Shown piece by piece: positions 19,655 through 30,660 of a stretch of 64,000 nucleotides of DNA (its first letter is position 1; the number at the start of each line of letters is the position of its first letter). The position numbers and the translations under genes were made by a program. The stretch spans positions 32,001 to 96,000 of the forward strand of contig DASXQR010000228.1 of the NCBI GenBank assembly GCA_036507075.1, read 5' to 3'. This stretch comes from Acidobacteriota bacterium. Lineage in GTDB: Bacteria; Acidobacteriota; UBA6911; JACQSX01. Below the pieces are notes generated by a model. The model ran no database searches. It was not told the origin of the DNA and worked only from the letters and a program-made list of their open reading frames with translations.

Positions 19655-20650
19655 TTGAAACTCACCATCCCACCGACACGCTGGCTGAGAATGCTTCTAA
19701 GTTATTTTCTAGCCCTGGTCTGTCTGGTCTGGGTTTTTCACGACGTTCAGATAAGGGTCTTCCTGGGCAGCTTCCGGCGCATTCGATGGGTATGGATGAT
19801 GGCGGCGATTCTACTGGACATCCTGAGTTACGTTTGCCAAGGGATGCGCTGGGAGCGCCTGCTGCGACCGGTGGGGGCAATATCGTGGCGGCGCGCAACT
19901 CAGGCCATTTATGCGGGACTTTTTACCAGCGAAATACTTCCCATGCGTCCGGGAGAATGGATCCGGGCTTACCTGGTCTCTCACTGGCTAGGCTGCCGGT
20001 TTGCAGCCGTTCTTCCATCGCTTGCTACCGAGCGCCTGATCGACGGCTTCTGGCTGGCAATCGCCTTCGGATTAACCGCCATGTTGTATCCACTTCCCAA
20101 AAACATTCTTCGCGCGGGCGATGTCCTTGGAGGGCTGGTCCTTGTGGGAACCGGCCTGATCGGCTACATTATCTTCAGAAAAAGAAACGCACCGGAGACG
20201 GGCGGCGATGCGGCGAAAGCGGAGCCGGGCTTCTTTACCCAGCTGGCTGACGGGCTCAACAGCATTGGCACATCCCGTTTTTTATTATCCGCGTCGGCGT
20301 TTTCACTGTTATTGCTCGTATTTCAGGCGCTGGCTTTTTTCACAGTGCTGCGAGGGTGTCGACTGCAGATCTCCTTGTGGCCTGCGGCGGTGGTTTTCCT
20401 GATCGTGCATTTAGGAACCGCGGTTCCCAACGCGCCGGGAAACGTCGGTACATACCAGTTCTTCTGTGTGACCGGCCTGCAGCTCTTTGGCGTGGATAAA
20501 AACCTGGCCGCCGGTTTTTCTGTGATCGTATTCGTAATCCTGACACTGCCGCTCTTGGCTATCGGCTACTTTGCTCTGGCACGCAGCGGGATGAGCATGG
20601 CAATAATTCGAAATACGGTCACAAAGAGAGCGCGTCAGCCCCATCCTTGA
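19655..20650 (+). CDS. Lysylphosphatidylglycerol synthase TM (flippase-like) domain protein
   Basis: Multi-TM; RW..LL, LPMRPGEWIR, ERLID, PNAPGNVG. Confidence 0.82.
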   Translation: MKLTIPPTRWLRMLLSYFLALVCLVWVFHDVQIRVFLGSFRRIRWVWMMAAILLDILSYVCQGMRWERLLRPVGAISWRRATQAIYAGLFTSEILPMRPGEWIRAYLVSHWLGCRFAAVLPSLATERLIDGFWLAIAFGLTAMLYPLPKNILRAGDVLGGLVLVGTGLIGYIIFRKRNAPETGGDAAKAEPGFFTQLADGLNSIGTSRFLLSASAFSLLLLVFQALAFFTVLRGCRLQISLWPAAVVFLIVHLGTAVPNAPGNVGTYQFFCVTGLQLFGVDKNLAAGFSVIVFVILTLPLLAIGYFALARSGMSMAIIRNTVTKRARQPHP

Positions 20651-20683
20651 CGACTTTCGGCCTGACAGGTAACCTTACTCCTG

Positions 20684-21205
20684 ATGAAGTGGATAACCCG
20701 CAGCAACGTGAAAGTGGACCGGGTCGCTTGCCCCTGGCTGATTCTCCGGTTCATCGATCCGGACGCCAAATTCATTTTCGTAAAGGAAGACGAGTTGCTG
20801 GAATCAGCTCGCCGGGAGAGCGCCATCCCGTTTGATGCAAACCGATTCACCGAAGTGAAACTGAACCACCGGGGAGACCATTGCACTTTTGAGACCATCG
20901 TTGAAGAGTTCAAGTTAACTGAGCCGGCACTGACCCGGCTTGGATTTATCATCCGCGCGGCCGACATCAAAGGGCAGGAACACGTGGCTCCCGAGGGACG
21001 GGGCTTGCGAGCCGTGGCAGAAGGCTTTGCGCGGCTCGGAATCAGCGATGAAGAAAGATTGGTCTGTCAGTTTCCGATCTATGACGCTCTCCTGGCTTAC
21101 GTGAAAGGCATCGGGGCCTCTGAGACGGGAAGTGGAAGGCGGAAGGCGGAAAGCGGAAGGCGGAAGGGGCGGAATTCTTTGCCGCCGTCAGAACCGCGGG
21201 CGTAA
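20684..21205 (+). CDS. chrB: Chromate resistance protein ChrB-like domain protein
   Basis: MKWITR...VDRVACPWLI.RFIDP.A.F, H.GDHCTFE, YDAL. Confidence 0.85.
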   Translation: MKWITRSNVKVDRVACPWLILRFIDPDAKFIFVKEDELLESARRESAIPFDANRFTEVKLNHRGDHCTFETIVEEFKLTEPALTRLGFIIRAADIKGQEHVAPEGRGLRAVAEGFARLGISDEERLVCQFPIYDALLAYVKGIGASETGSGRRKAESGRRKGRNSLPPSEPRA

Positions 21206-21264
21206 GAACATGGGAAGAAATCGACGCCACCGGGGCAAAGCCCGGTGGCGTCGATTGTTTCACA

Positions 21265-23829
21265 TCATTCATGCCTTAAAACTACCAGCGGCTTGCGATT
21301 CAGGATGGGAATACAGGCCAACCAACCCGTCAGCGTGGTCAGCGCGGCGGTCCCAAATACGGCTGCCGCCAACGGGATCCATTGGAAGTGATACTCGGCC
21401 TCCAGTAGATATTCCATCAGGAATTTGGCCAGCAGCGCCGATAAGATGCTGCCGGCAAGCCCTCCGGCTAAGCCGAGCACGCAAAATTCCATCGCCAGTA
21501 TTAAAGAGACTTTCCCCCGTGTGGCCCCGAGAATTTTCAACAGGGCGGTCTCATGTTCGCGCCGATAGCGCGACGCAATAATGCTGGAAACGAGAATGGC
21601 GCTCCCCGTCACCAGTACAAAAGCCGCCACGAATTGAATCAGCGTCGAGATACGATTCACAAAAGCTTGAATGATTGCCAGGATTTCGGAAATGTTGATC
21701 GACGTGACAGTGGGGAGCTTTTCAAACAGCCTGCTTTGCAGCTTCGCTATCTTGTCCGGATAAGCCCGGACATTCCCCACATAGGTCACGGGCAGGCCGC
21801 GCAGTGCTTCCGGGCTGAAAATGAACTGATTGTTGGCTCCCGGACGGATTGACTCGGTCTCCCTCACGCTGGTGGCAATTCCCTGCACCACCTGGCCGCC
21901 CGCGCGAAACTCCAAAACGTCACCCAACCGGATGCCCAGAGACCGGGCGGCGAATTGTCCCACCGAGATCTCGGCTTTTGGCGGTTGCCCTTTCCACCAA
22001 CGCCCTGAAATTAAATTATTGTGAGTCGGAATGTCTTTGGCGGAGGTCAGCGAGAACTCGATGCGCGCAAAACGCTTTCCGTCTTCGTCCAGATCTTTTA
22101 CCTGGATTTCTTTGCCATTGATAGAAGTCAGCCTCGCCGGGACGGCGGCGATGGGCTGCCCGGCATCGATTACCTCCGGAGAGGAGCGAAGAAACTCCCA
22201 CAACGGAGGGCGTTGCTGCTCGCTGATACCGATGAGAATCAGGTTGGGAAAATCAGCAGGAGCGCTTCTCACAAACTGCCGCACCAGAGAGACCTGCAGC
22301 AAGTGGATTGTCAGCGTGAGCATTACACCCAGCGCAATCACAGCGAAAATCAAATGGGCCTGGCTGCCGGGCCTGTGCAGATTGGCCATCCCGTAACGCA
22401 AAGCCTTCGATTTGCCTGCAGGTAGAACTGCAAAACGGAACAGCAATTTCCCGAGCGCTGTCAGCAGCGTGTAGATCAATACCAGCCCGCCGACGAACCC
22501 GAAACCCCGGCGCCAGGAATGTGACAGCCAGGCAGCGATCGCTCCGATAACAATCAGATTCACCAGAAGAATCACAAGCGGCAGCCATAGTTTCGAGGTC
22601 CTTGCTCTCTCCGACTGCACATGACGTCTGAAGATTTGCGCTGCCTTGACGTGCCTGATCGTGAGCAGCGAAGGAAGCACCATCACCGTGGTGCTCAACA
22701 GGCCGATAGCGAATCCCTGCGCCAGAATCGCAGCATGCAGTTCCGGTTTCGTGCGCAGATCCAGAAGCCCCCGCAAAAGTGTTGGAAAAAGCAATTGAAC
22801 CGCCGCTCCGGCCGCCAGGCCCAGCACGCCGCCGCCGGCTGCGATCAGCAGTGTCTGCGTGAGATAAACGCGGAGCAACTGCCCCGAGCGCGCCCCCAGA
22901 CTTTTCATGATTGCGATGGTGTCCAACTTCTGTTGCAGATACGCATGCATCGCCATGGTTACGCCGAGACCTCCCACCAACAGCGCCATCAGTCCGGTAA
23001 GACTGAGAAAAATGGTCACACGCTCCAGTCCGCGACTGAGATTGGGATTGGGATCGCGGTAATCGGTGACGCGAAAACGGGGAGAACGCGCACCTTTCAG
23101 AATTCGAAGCGCCTCATCCAGATCAAGGCCGCGAACAGGAAGGCGCACCATGTAGCTGTGGCCCGCGCGACTGCCGAATCCCAACAGCGCAGCCTTTCTC
23201 AAGGACTGATGCGAGAGCAGGACACGCGGTCCAAATTCCAGTCCTGAGGCAAGGCGGTCAGGTTCCTTCACCAGAACGGCAGCTATGGGAAGTTCGGTGT
23301 TGCCGATCCGAACCTGGTCTCCCACTCTGGCCTTCAAACGAATCAGCAGATCACGCGACACCACAACGGTGTCCTGAAGCATCGGCAACAGCGGAACGTT
23401 CGGCTCCAGTTGCAGCGTGCCAAAGAATGGATATCCAGGCTCGACCGCCTTCAGTGAAGCAAGAACCGGGGCGCCCGGGAATTGTTGCCCTCCCTCTGCG
23501 GCGGCAGACGGGTCAAAAGCCCCGCGGCGTTTTGAAATCCCCACCATTGAGACCGTCTCGATAGCATGCGAGATTTCAGCTCCGCGCCCGCTCAACTGTT
23601 CGATCACTCTCTGCTCGCCGGCTTCCAGCGGCGTGCTGGTGCGGATTCGAATATCGCCTCCGATTAACTGGCGACCTTCTCGCAGCAACGATTGGTGCAG
23701 AGCACGACTGAAGCCCTGGACACCCGTGACCGCACCCACTCCTAGAGCTGCGCCCACAATGGCGACCAGGAATTTCCGCCACGACGCTTTAAATTCGCGT
23801 CGGGCCATTTTGAGAACAAACATAATCAC
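21265..23829 (-). CDS. ABC transporter permease, YbbP-like (two FtsX domains)
   Basis: GGD, YPFFG, EPDR, IAIMKSLGA, LKILGA; downstream of the YbbA-like ATPase. Confidence 0.88.
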   Translation of the reverse strand: MIMFVLKMARREFKASWRKFLVAIVGAALGVGAVTGVQGFSRALHQSLLREGRQLIGGDIRIRTSTPLEAGEQRVIEQLSGRGAEISHAIETVSMVGISKRRGAFDPSAAAEGGQQFPGAPVLASLKAVEPGYPFFGTLQLEPNVPLLPMLQDTVVVSRDLLIRLKARVGDQVRIGNTELPIAAVLVKEPDRLASGLEFGPRVLLSHQSLRKAALLGFGSRAGHSYMVRLPVRGLDLDEALRILKGARSPRFRVTDYRDPNPNLSRGLERVTIFLSLTGLMALLVGGLGVTMAMHAYLQQKLDTIAIMKSLGARSGQLLRVYLTQTLLIAAGGGVLGLAAGAAVQLLFPTLLRGLLDLRTKPELHAAILAQGFAIGLLSTTVMVLPSLLTIRHVKAAQIFRRHVQSERARTSKLWLPLVILLVNLIVIGAIAAWLSHSWRRGFGFVGGLVLIYTLLTALGKLLFRFAVLPAGKSKALRYGMANLHRPGSQAHLIFAVIALGVMLTLTIHLLQVSLVRQFVRSAPADFPNLILIGISEQQRPPLWEFLRSSPEVIDAGQPIAAVPARLTSINGKEIQVKDLDEDGKRFARIEFSLTSAKDIPTHNNLISGRWWKGQPPKAEISVGQFAARSLGIRLGDVLEFRAGGQVVQGIATSVRETESIRPGANNQFIFSPEALRGLPVTYVGNVRAYPDKIAKLQSRLFEKLPTVTSINISEILAIIQAFVNRISTLIQFVAAFVLVTGSAILVSSIIASRYRREHETALLKILGATRGKVSLILAMEFCVLGLAGGLAGSILSALLAKFLMEYLLEAEYHFQWIPLAAAVFGTAALTTLTGWLACIPILNRKPLVVLRHE

Positions 23830-24062
23830 CAGTCAGCCATGAAGGTTCCTCGGTCGTGTTGCTCTGGGACCGGAATGCGGAATGGGGAATGGGGAATGCG
23901 GAATGCGGCTCTCCATGTTGCACTTCTGCATTGCTCCCGGTGGTATTTGCAAGATCGAGGGTCCGCTTGCTTACGCACGCGGTTCTGATGGTGGTGTGGA
24001 GAAGTCCGCCCTTTCCGCATTCTCCATTCCGCATTCCGCATTCCCCATTCCGCATTCCAAGC

Positions 24063-24731
24063 CTAATTCGTCTTCACTATCAAACCGTCCTTCATGTAAA
24101 TCTTGCGGTCCACTGATTCAATCAGCACCGCGTCGTGAGTGACGACTACCAGTGTGCTTCCTTCCTGCCTATTCAGCTTCAGCAGCAAATCGAGAACCAT
24201 CTGCCCGTTAACGCTGTCCAGGTTTCCAGTCGGCTCGTCGGCCAGTAAAATCGGGGGGCGGGCCACAAATGCGCGCGCCAGCGCCACGCGCTGCTGTTCG
24301 CCGCCCGACAACTGCACCGGATAATGCTGCCTGCGATCACCTAACCCGACCTCGTCGAGCAGCCCACGAGCCCGCTTCTGCGCCGAGTTTGTATCTCCCA
24401 GGAGCTCCAGCGGCAGAATCACGTTTTCTTCGGCTGTCAGCGTGGGAATCAGGTTGTAGGACTGAAAAACAAAACCGAGGGTTCGGGCTCGCAGCAGAGC
24501 CAGCTCGTCTTCATTCAACCGGGTAATGTCACGCCCGTCCAGGAGAACAGTTCCGGAGGTGGGCGAGTCCAGTCCGGCGATCAACCCCAGCAACGTGCTC
24601 TTCCCGCTTCCAGACGGGCCGACGATAACAATCGCTTCGCCACGTTTCACATGCAGGTCGATTCCCCGGAGAATTTCCACGGGTTTGTCGCCTGAAAAGA
24701 GGGTCTTTGTTAATTTTTCGATTTTGATCAT
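24063..24731 (-). CDS. ABC transporter ATP-binding protein, YbbA/LolD-like
   Basis: [31 protein letters not shown]. Confidence 0.93.
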   Translation of the reverse strand: MIKIEKLTKTLFSGDKPVEILRGIDLHVKRGEAIVIVGPSGSGKSTLLGLIAGLDSPTSGTVLLDGRDITRLNEDELALLRARTLGFVFQSYNLIPTLTAEENVILPLELLGDTNSAQKRARGLLDEVGLGDRRQHYPVQLSGGEQQRVALARAFVARPPILLADEPTGNLDSVNGQMVLDLLLKLNRQEGSTLVVVTHDAVLIESVDRKIYMKDGLIVKTN

Positions 24732-24903
24732 AACTAACCGCGAAGGCGCGAAGACGCGAAAGCAAACGTTGCCCTAGTCTTTGCTGAGTGGCCAGAACGC
24801 AGACATTTCAGTACTTAATCCCATTTGAGTAGCCGAGCAATCTCACTGATTTAGCGCTTTCGTGCCTTCGCGGTTTCCCTCGCATTTATATAATAGGCAG
24901 GAC

Positions 24904-25644
24904 ATGCGAAACGTCTTTTTCTGTTTCTGGATGTGTTTCCTGCTGGCATGCCACGGCGCCAACACCGATATTCCAGCAAAGGAAACCAGGACTCAAGTCC
25001 TCGAGGCTCCGCCCTCGGAATCCGGTTCCGATCGGCTGATTGTGGCCTTCGGCGACAGCCTGACAGCCGGCTCAGGGGTCCCGCAGGATCTGAGTTATCC
25101 CGCAGCACTACAGCGATTGCTCAAAGACCGCTCGCCATCCTGCCGCGTTATCAATGCGGGCATCGGCGGAGAAACATCCTCTGAAGCCTTGAGCCGACTT
25201 CAAAGCATCATCGAGATGAAACCGCGCATCGTGATTCTCGAGCTGGGAGCCAATGACGGACTGCGCGGTGTGCCGTTGGCGATGATCCGCAAGAACCTGG
25301 ATGCGATGATTACAAGACTTCAGACGGCGGGCATTCAAGTGGTGTTGGCGGGAATGCGCATCCCTCCCAACTATGGAACGGAGTATACGCAGGGCTTTCA
25401 CCAGATTTATGTCGACCTGGCCAGCGAGCACCATCTCGTCCTGATTCCATTTTTTCTCGAGAACGTAGCCGGAATACCGGAGTTGAATCTCGAGGACGGA
25501 ATTCACCCCACTCCCGAAGGTTATCGCATCATCGCAAAACAAGTGCTGCAGGTAATCGAGCCGCTGCTGGGATTATCTTCACCACAAAGACACAGCGCGG
25601 CAGAGCCGCAACCAAGAATAAGATGTTTCCGCTTGGCAGCGTGA
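24904..25644 (+). CDS. tesA: Arylesterase, SGNH hydrolase (TesA-like), probable lipoprotein
   Basis: FGDSLTAG, NAGIGG, ELGANDG, DGIHP; LLAC lipobox; divergent from ybbA-like gene as in the known ybbA/ybbP/tesA arrangement. Confidence 0.85.
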   Translation: MRNVFFCFWMCFLLACHGANTDIPAKETRTQVLEAPPSESGSDRLIVAFGDSLTAGSGVPQDLSYPAALQRLLKDRSPSCRVINAGIGGETSSEALSRLQSIIEMKPRIVILELGANDGLRGVPLAMIRKNLDAMITRLQTAGIQVVLAGMRIPPNYGTEYTQGFHQIYVDLASEHHLVLIPFFLENVAGIPELNLEDGIHPTPEGYRIIAKQVLQVIEPLLGLSSPQRHSAAEPQPRIRCFRLAA

Positions 25645-25813
25645 TCGTCATATGCTGATGTGGAAAGTCACATTCCTTCACCGCAGAGGCGCAGAAAACG
25701 CAGAGGTTGCGCAGAGACATGTAAACGAAACTCTGCGTCCTCTGCGCCTCTGCGGTGAAGGAATGAACGTGCCAGACAAAACTTTGTTAAAAAAAGCGAG
25801 AAGTGGCCCCGAA

Positions 25814-27157
25814 TTACCGGCTGGCGGTTGATTCCGAAATCCCGAACACGTGGTGCTGGCCGCGAAGGATAATCATGCCTTCGGAAATCGCCGGAGTTGC
25901 CATGCAAACTTCGCCTACAGGATTGGTCGCTATCAGTTGGTATTCGGGTCCAGCCTTCACCACATGGACGTCTCCGTCCTCGCTCGCAAAATAAATCCTT
26001 CCGTCTGCGGCAACAGGGGAAGCGCTGTACGCGCCGCCCTGGCCAATGCGCTGCTGGTATACGCGCTCTCCGGTCTGCAGCTTGTAACAGGTCAAAATGC
26101 CGCTGTTGCCGCATACGTAAAGATAATCCCCATAGGCAAGCGGCGTCGGCATGTAGGGGCCGCCGCGCTTCTTGCTCCAGGCAATCGATTGGCTGGATTC
26201 TTGATTCTCTTTGAGAGAAATGTCTCCATTGCCTCCGGGTCGAATCGCATAAATCGGTTGGATGGGCGCGTAGCCATTCGCGATGAAAATCAAATCTTGA
26301 GCGATGATCGGGGTCGTAGCCGTGATTTCCGGGTTGGGCGTCAGCCTCCAGAGCTCTTTCCCCGTGGCCGGATCATAGCCGCGCACAAACTTGGTCGCAT
26401 TTGTGATCAGCTCAGAGCGTGTTTTACCTTCATAAACCGTAGGAGTTCCCCAGGAAGGAAGCTCTTCGCGCGACGTCCGCCAGACCTGCTTTCCATTCTT
26501 AATATCAAAAGCGGCGATGAAGGAATCCTTCTGGACATCGCACTGGACGATCACCAGATCCTTAAAAATAATCGGCGAGCTGGCTGTTCCCCACTGATAG
26601 TCGGGATCGTAAAACCATCCGCCGTCCAGAACCCCAAGGTCTTGCTGCCAAAGCAGCCCGCCGTCAAAGTTGTAGCAGTACAATCCCTCCGAGCCAAAAA
26701 AGGCGACAACGTGTTTCCCGTCAACAGCCGGAGTAGCTGACGAAAAACTCGACTTTGGGTGCCTCTTCGTCTTGGGGATTCCTTCGCGCGCTGTTTTCTC
26801 CCACAGGGTTTTTCCAGTTTTCTTATCCAGACAATACACCCGCCAGGAATGCCGTGACACGTCGCCGGCCGGCTTTACGTCTCCATAGAGTCCATGGCGA
26901 AACTCCGAATTCGGGTCGCTGCTGACTGCCGACGTGACAAATACGCGCTCGCCCCACACCACCGGGCTCGAATGCGCCAATCCGGGAATGGCGGTCTTCC
27001 ATCGGATGTTCAGTGACTTGCCTGCATCCCAGACTGCGGGCGGATTCTGGCCATCCGCCACGCCGGAGGCCTGCTTTCCCCGAAAAGAGGGCCAGTTCTG
27101 AGCATGGAGACCAACCGCGAGTGCGATACAGGTTATAAGCGAGATAATAGTTTTCAT
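25814..27157 (-). CDS. Secreted PQQ-like beta-propeller repeat protein
   Basis: NWPSFRG, HSSPVVWG, ASSPI, YMPTP, SASPVAADG. Confidence 0.88.
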   Translation of the reverse strand: MKTIISLITCIALAVGLHAQNWPSFRGKQASGVADGQNPPAVWDAGKSLNIRWKTAIPGLAHSSPVVWGERVFVTSAVSSDPNSEFRHGLYGDVKPAGDVSRHSWRVYCLDKKTGKTLWEKTAREGIPKTKRHPKSSFSSATPAVDGKHVVAFFGSEGLYCYNFDGGLLWQQDLGVLDGGWFYDPDYQWGTASSPIIFKDLVIVQCDVQKDSFIAAFDIKNGKQVWRTSREELPSWGTPTVYEGKTRSELITNATKFVRGYDPATGKELWRLTPNPEITATTPIIAQDLIFIANGYAPIQPIYAIRPGGNGDISLKENQESSQSIAWSKKRGGPYMPTPLAYGDYLYVCGNSGILTCYKLQTGERVYQQRIGQGGAYSASPVAADGRIYFASEDGDVHVVKAGPEYQLIATNPVGEVCMATPAISEGMIILRGQHHVFGISESTASR

Positions 27158-27951
27158 TTTTCCACTTTTTGATAAACAGTGCTGTTGGTTCCTTGCTTTA
27201 CAACACATCCCACGACCTTTCCATTCTCCAGGTTGAAAGTCAGGCTGAGGCCGTCAAAAGCCGATGGCCGAAAAGTGACTTTATCCAGGGCTTCCAGTTC
27301 GAACGGCGCACCAAACCCGGCGAAGACAAGCTTTCCATCTTTTAACGAAAATGAGAGTTCGGTTCCCTGCTGGTTCCTGTAGGCGCCCGTGTACACCTTG
27401 AGAATTTCCGGGTCGAGCGAAATGGCCTCTGCCGGAGGAACGGCTCCCGCCTTTTTCAGCACTTCGATGACTTCGTTGCGCCCTCTCCTCCTGGCCGCGC
27501 TCCAGGCGGCCGTAAGTATCTCAGGCTTGATTCCGCCTTTGTCGACAATTGCCTGCACCACTTCTGTCAAGCCGGATGATGCGGCGTTCGACAGCACTGA
27601 AGCTCCATCAGCTCCCTTTTCCACCAGAGCGCGCGCAACTTCGGAATGGTCATTGGAAACGGCCCAGGAAAGCGGGGTGAACCGATAGAAAGTGTCTTTG
27701 ACGTTTGGATCGGCTCCGTGCTCAAGCAGAATTTTGACTACTTCCAAGTGTCCCCGGTCGCAGGCATAAGAAAGGGATGTTGCGCCGTAGCGTCCTTTGG
27801 CGTTAACGTCGGCTCCTTTGCTGAGCAGTTCACGCACAGCCGTGGCATCACCCTTTTTGGCGGCTGCCATGAGATCCGAATTCAGATCCTCAGCCACAAT
27901 TCCGGCCACTAAGAAAACGGTTATCAAAATGAGCATTGATATGGCGCGCAT
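27154..27951 (-). CDS. Secreted ankyrin-repeat protein
   Basis: AAKKGD..V..LL..GADVN, A..RGH.EVVKILL..GADPN; signal peptide; GGAGG RBS. Confidence 0.88.
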   Translation of the reverse strand: MRAISMLILITVFLVAGIVAEDLNSDLMAAAKKGDATAVRELLSKGADVNAKGRYGATSLSYACDRGHLEVVKILLEHGADPNVKDTFYRFTPLSWAVSNDHSEVARALVEKGADGASVLSNAASSGLTEVVQAIVDKGGIKPEILTAAWSAARRRGRNEVIEVLKKAGAVPPAEAISLDPEILKVYTGAYRNQQGTELSFSLKDGKLVFAGFGAPFELEALDKVTFRPSAFDGLSLTFNLENGKVVGCVVKQGTNSTVYQKVEK

Positions 27952-28049
27952 GATGGTTCCTCCGGTTGGGCCGGCCTGACATGGCCGCCCGAAGTGAACA
28001 CAGGCGGCAACACGGGCGTTCATGTCAGGCCGCCCCGCTCACCCCTGCG

Positions 28050-30551
28050 TCATTTTGATGACGCGATCATTTCCCCGCGTGGCCCGGCGTTTTTCACGTA
28101 CTTGTCCATCCAGTTGATCATCTCGGCCAGAGTGTGCAGAACCGACTCGCGCGCGGCGTAGCCATGGGCTTCATGCGGAAGCGTCACGTACCGCACCGTG
28201 GCGCCGTGGCCTTTGAGAGCCATGTAGAGCCGCTCGGATTGAATCGGGAACGTACCCGAGTTGTCGTCTGCCTCGCCGTGAATCAGCAGGATCGGCTCAT
28301 TGATCCTGTTTGCGTACCAGAACGGCGACATCCTGGCATAGATATCCGGCACTTCCCAGAACGTGCGCCGCTCGTTCTGGAATCCGAAAGGCGTGAGCGT
28401 GCGGTTGTAGGCGCCGCTGCGCGCGATGCCGGCGCGGAACAGGTCCGAGTGCGCAAGCAGGTTGGCCGTCATGAAAGCGCCATAGCTGTGGCCGCCGATC
28501 CCAATGTGATCGCGGTCCGCCACGCCCATCTCGACGACCTTATTGATCGCGGCCTCTGCGCTGGCGACAAGCTGTTCAACATAAGTATTGTTCGCCGTCT
28601 CGCCCGGTCCTACGATCGGCATGGTCGGATTATCGAAGATCGCGTAACCCTGGGTCAGCAGAAACAGATGGGACGTGCCGCCCACTCTGATGAACCGATA
28701 CGGCGATCCTGAGACCTGGCTTGCGTCGTTCACATCGGTGAACTCGCGCGGGTACGCCCACATCAACATCGGCAATCGCTCGCCCTTCTTGTAGCCAGGC
28801 GGGAGGTACAACGTACCGGATAGCTTCACGCCGTCTTTTCGCTGGTAAGTGACAAACTGCTTTTCGACTCCGGTGAGCTGAGGGCCAGGATCTTTGAACT
28901 GGGTAATGGGACGCTTGGTGCCGGCGGCAAGATCGCGCACGTAGTAGTTCGCCGGCTCCAACGGCGTCTCGTACTGCGTGAACAGTGCCCTGGCCTGGTC
29001 ATCCAGCGGCGCCACCACCGATTCGTATGTTTTTTCCGCAGAGCGGAAAAGACGGTCTGTCTTGAGCGTCTTGAGGTTGAGCCTGTCGAGGAAAGGCCGA
29101 TCGCCATCCGGTGAGGAACCCTGCCCGCTCAAGTAAATGTAATCACCATACTGCAGGATCAATCTTCCCCCACCAAAGGCTCCGCCGCCGAATCCTCCTC
29201 CACGCCCACCTCCGCCGCCGTCGCCGCCGCCGTCTCTCCTCACTACAGGTAAACCGGGGTTGCTATATGCGTCCTGTCGTTTGCGCTCCCAAAGCTTGCG
29301 CGGCTGGGTGCCCTCTTCAAGAATCCAGGTCCGGGTACGCCGCGTCGCGCGGTCAGATTCGCTGAGCAGCATGACGCCCTTCTCTGTATAGGAGAGGCTG
29401 TCGAATCGCCATTCCGTTTTGCCAACTTCGCCGGCCTCCGCGGAGAACGGCGCCGCGAGTGCGACGATCCTGTCGCGGAATGGCACGCTGTTTTTCGGAT
29501 TTCCTTCATCCAGGGCCGCCACCCAGGTGATTGTCGCCGGTTGATCCGGACGCCAGCGATGGCCGCGCGGCCCCGACGGTACGCCGTTGATCGGCGTGCC
29601 TTCGCTCGACGGCAGGTCGGCAAGTTTTTTGACAACCTCGCCGCGCCGGTTCCAGATCTCCACATCTTTGGGAAATCCGCTCATCGGTACCAGGCGCGAG
29701 AAGGGTCGTTTGATCCGGGATACCAGGATGTAATCGCCGCTCGGCGACGCCGCTGCATTCTCCAGGATTCCGGGACGGCCGATCAGCGTCTTGCGACCGG
29801 TGCCGCTGTCAATGGTCGCGAGCTGGCTGGTGAAGTAATATTCAAACAGGGTCTCGTCATGGTTGGTCTTGATCAGATCCTCGAAAGTCGGAGCGGGCGC
29901 AGCTTTGCCGTAGTTTTCCTGGATATTGGGACGCGACGGCACAATCGGCTCGGCGGGGGCCGGTCCGCGGCCGGACGGCACCAATTGGCATAGCAGCGTG
30001 ACACCGTCTTTCAGCCAGTCACAGGCATCGCCTGCCGTCGCGTTCAGCCGGTCGGTCCCGCTCACCAGATTCGATTGTCCCGTGGCAGTGTCGGCGACCC
30101 ACAGCTCGATGCCGTTTTCCCTTGTATGGGTAAAGGAAAGCCGCTCGCCGCCGGGGGAAAAGCTGATATCGCCGAGGTTCGGATTGGACGGGAGAGTGAC
30201 CTTCTTCTCCGTGCCGTCTACGATTGATTTCAGCGTGATGGCGGTGACTCCGCCTCCGCGCTGCTGCCGCCCGTTCGTTTTCGGATTGATACGCATGCCG
30301 GCGATGCGATGGATCGGCTGGGACAACTCGGCAATCGTCGGCATGCTGCGCCGGCCGAGCAGGGCGATCGTGCGACGGTTTGGCGCAACGATCACGCCCG
30401 GTGTGGGCGGCGTCGCCAGAATATCAACGATGACTTTTGGCGGCGTCAGGTAACCCGTGTCCGTGGCAGGCTGCCGGCGTGTCTGTCCGTATTGCGCTGC
30501 CGACCCGACGATGACGAGCACGGCGGCAAACGCGAGCCTTTTTGTCCGCAT
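28050..30551 (-). CDS. S9 family prolyl oligopeptidase-like serine peptidase
   Basis: GGHSYG nucleophile, IHGEADDN, EAHGY; signal peptide. Confidence 0.92.
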   Translation of the reverse strand: MRTKRLAFAAVLVIVGSAAQYGQTRRQPATDTGYLTPPKVIVDILATPPTPGVIVAPNRRTIALLGRRSMPTIAELSQPIHRIAGMRINPKTNGRQQRGGGVTAITLKSIVDGTEKKVTLPSNPNLGDISFSPGGERLSFTHTRENGIELWVADTATGQSNLVSGTDRLNATAGDACDWLKDGVTLLCQLVPSGRGPAPAEPIVPSRPNIQENYGKAAPAPTFEDLIKTNHDETLFEYYFTSQLATIDSGTGRKTLIGRPGILENAAASPSGDYILVSRIKRPFSRLVPMSGFPKDVEIWNRRGEVVKKLADLPSSEGTPINGVPSGPRGHRWRPDQPATITWVAALDEGNPKNSVPFRDRIVALAAPFSAEAGEVGKTEWRFDSLSYTEKGVMLLSESDRATRRTRTWILEEGTQPRKLWERKRQDAYSNPGLPVVRRDGGGDGGGGGRGGGFGGGAFGGGRLILQYGDYIYLSGQGSSPDGDRPFLDRLNLKTLKTDRLFRSAEKTYESVVAPLDDQARALFTQYETPLEPANYYVRDLAAGTKRPITQFKDPGPQLTGVEKQFVTYQRKDGVKLSGTLYLPPGYKKGERLPMLMWAYPREFTDVNDASQVSGSPYRFIRVGGTSHLFLLTQGYAIFDNPTMPIVGPGETANNTYVEQLVASAEAAINKVVEMGVADRDHIGIGGHSYGAFMTANLLAHSDLFRAGIARSGAYNRTLTPFGFQNERRTFWEVPDIYARMSPFWYANRINEPILLIHGEADDNSGTFPIQSERLYMALKGHGATVRYVTLPHEAHGYAARESVLHTLAEMINWMDKYVKNAGPRGEMIASSK

Positions 30552-30660
30552 GGCAAACCTCCTGCTTCAGTTGGGCTGTTCTCGGGAAAGTCATATTCTA
30601 GCAGCAGACGCGCATGTCTTGCGGCAGGAATTCTGCCTTTTCAGCCCGCCAGCAAGGACT

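Noticed and set aside
29170..29240. Gly-rich insert in the S9 peptidase as a novel element
   Set aside because: Short in-frame low-complexity loop; a similar Gly-rich loop occurs in the VPS10 protein
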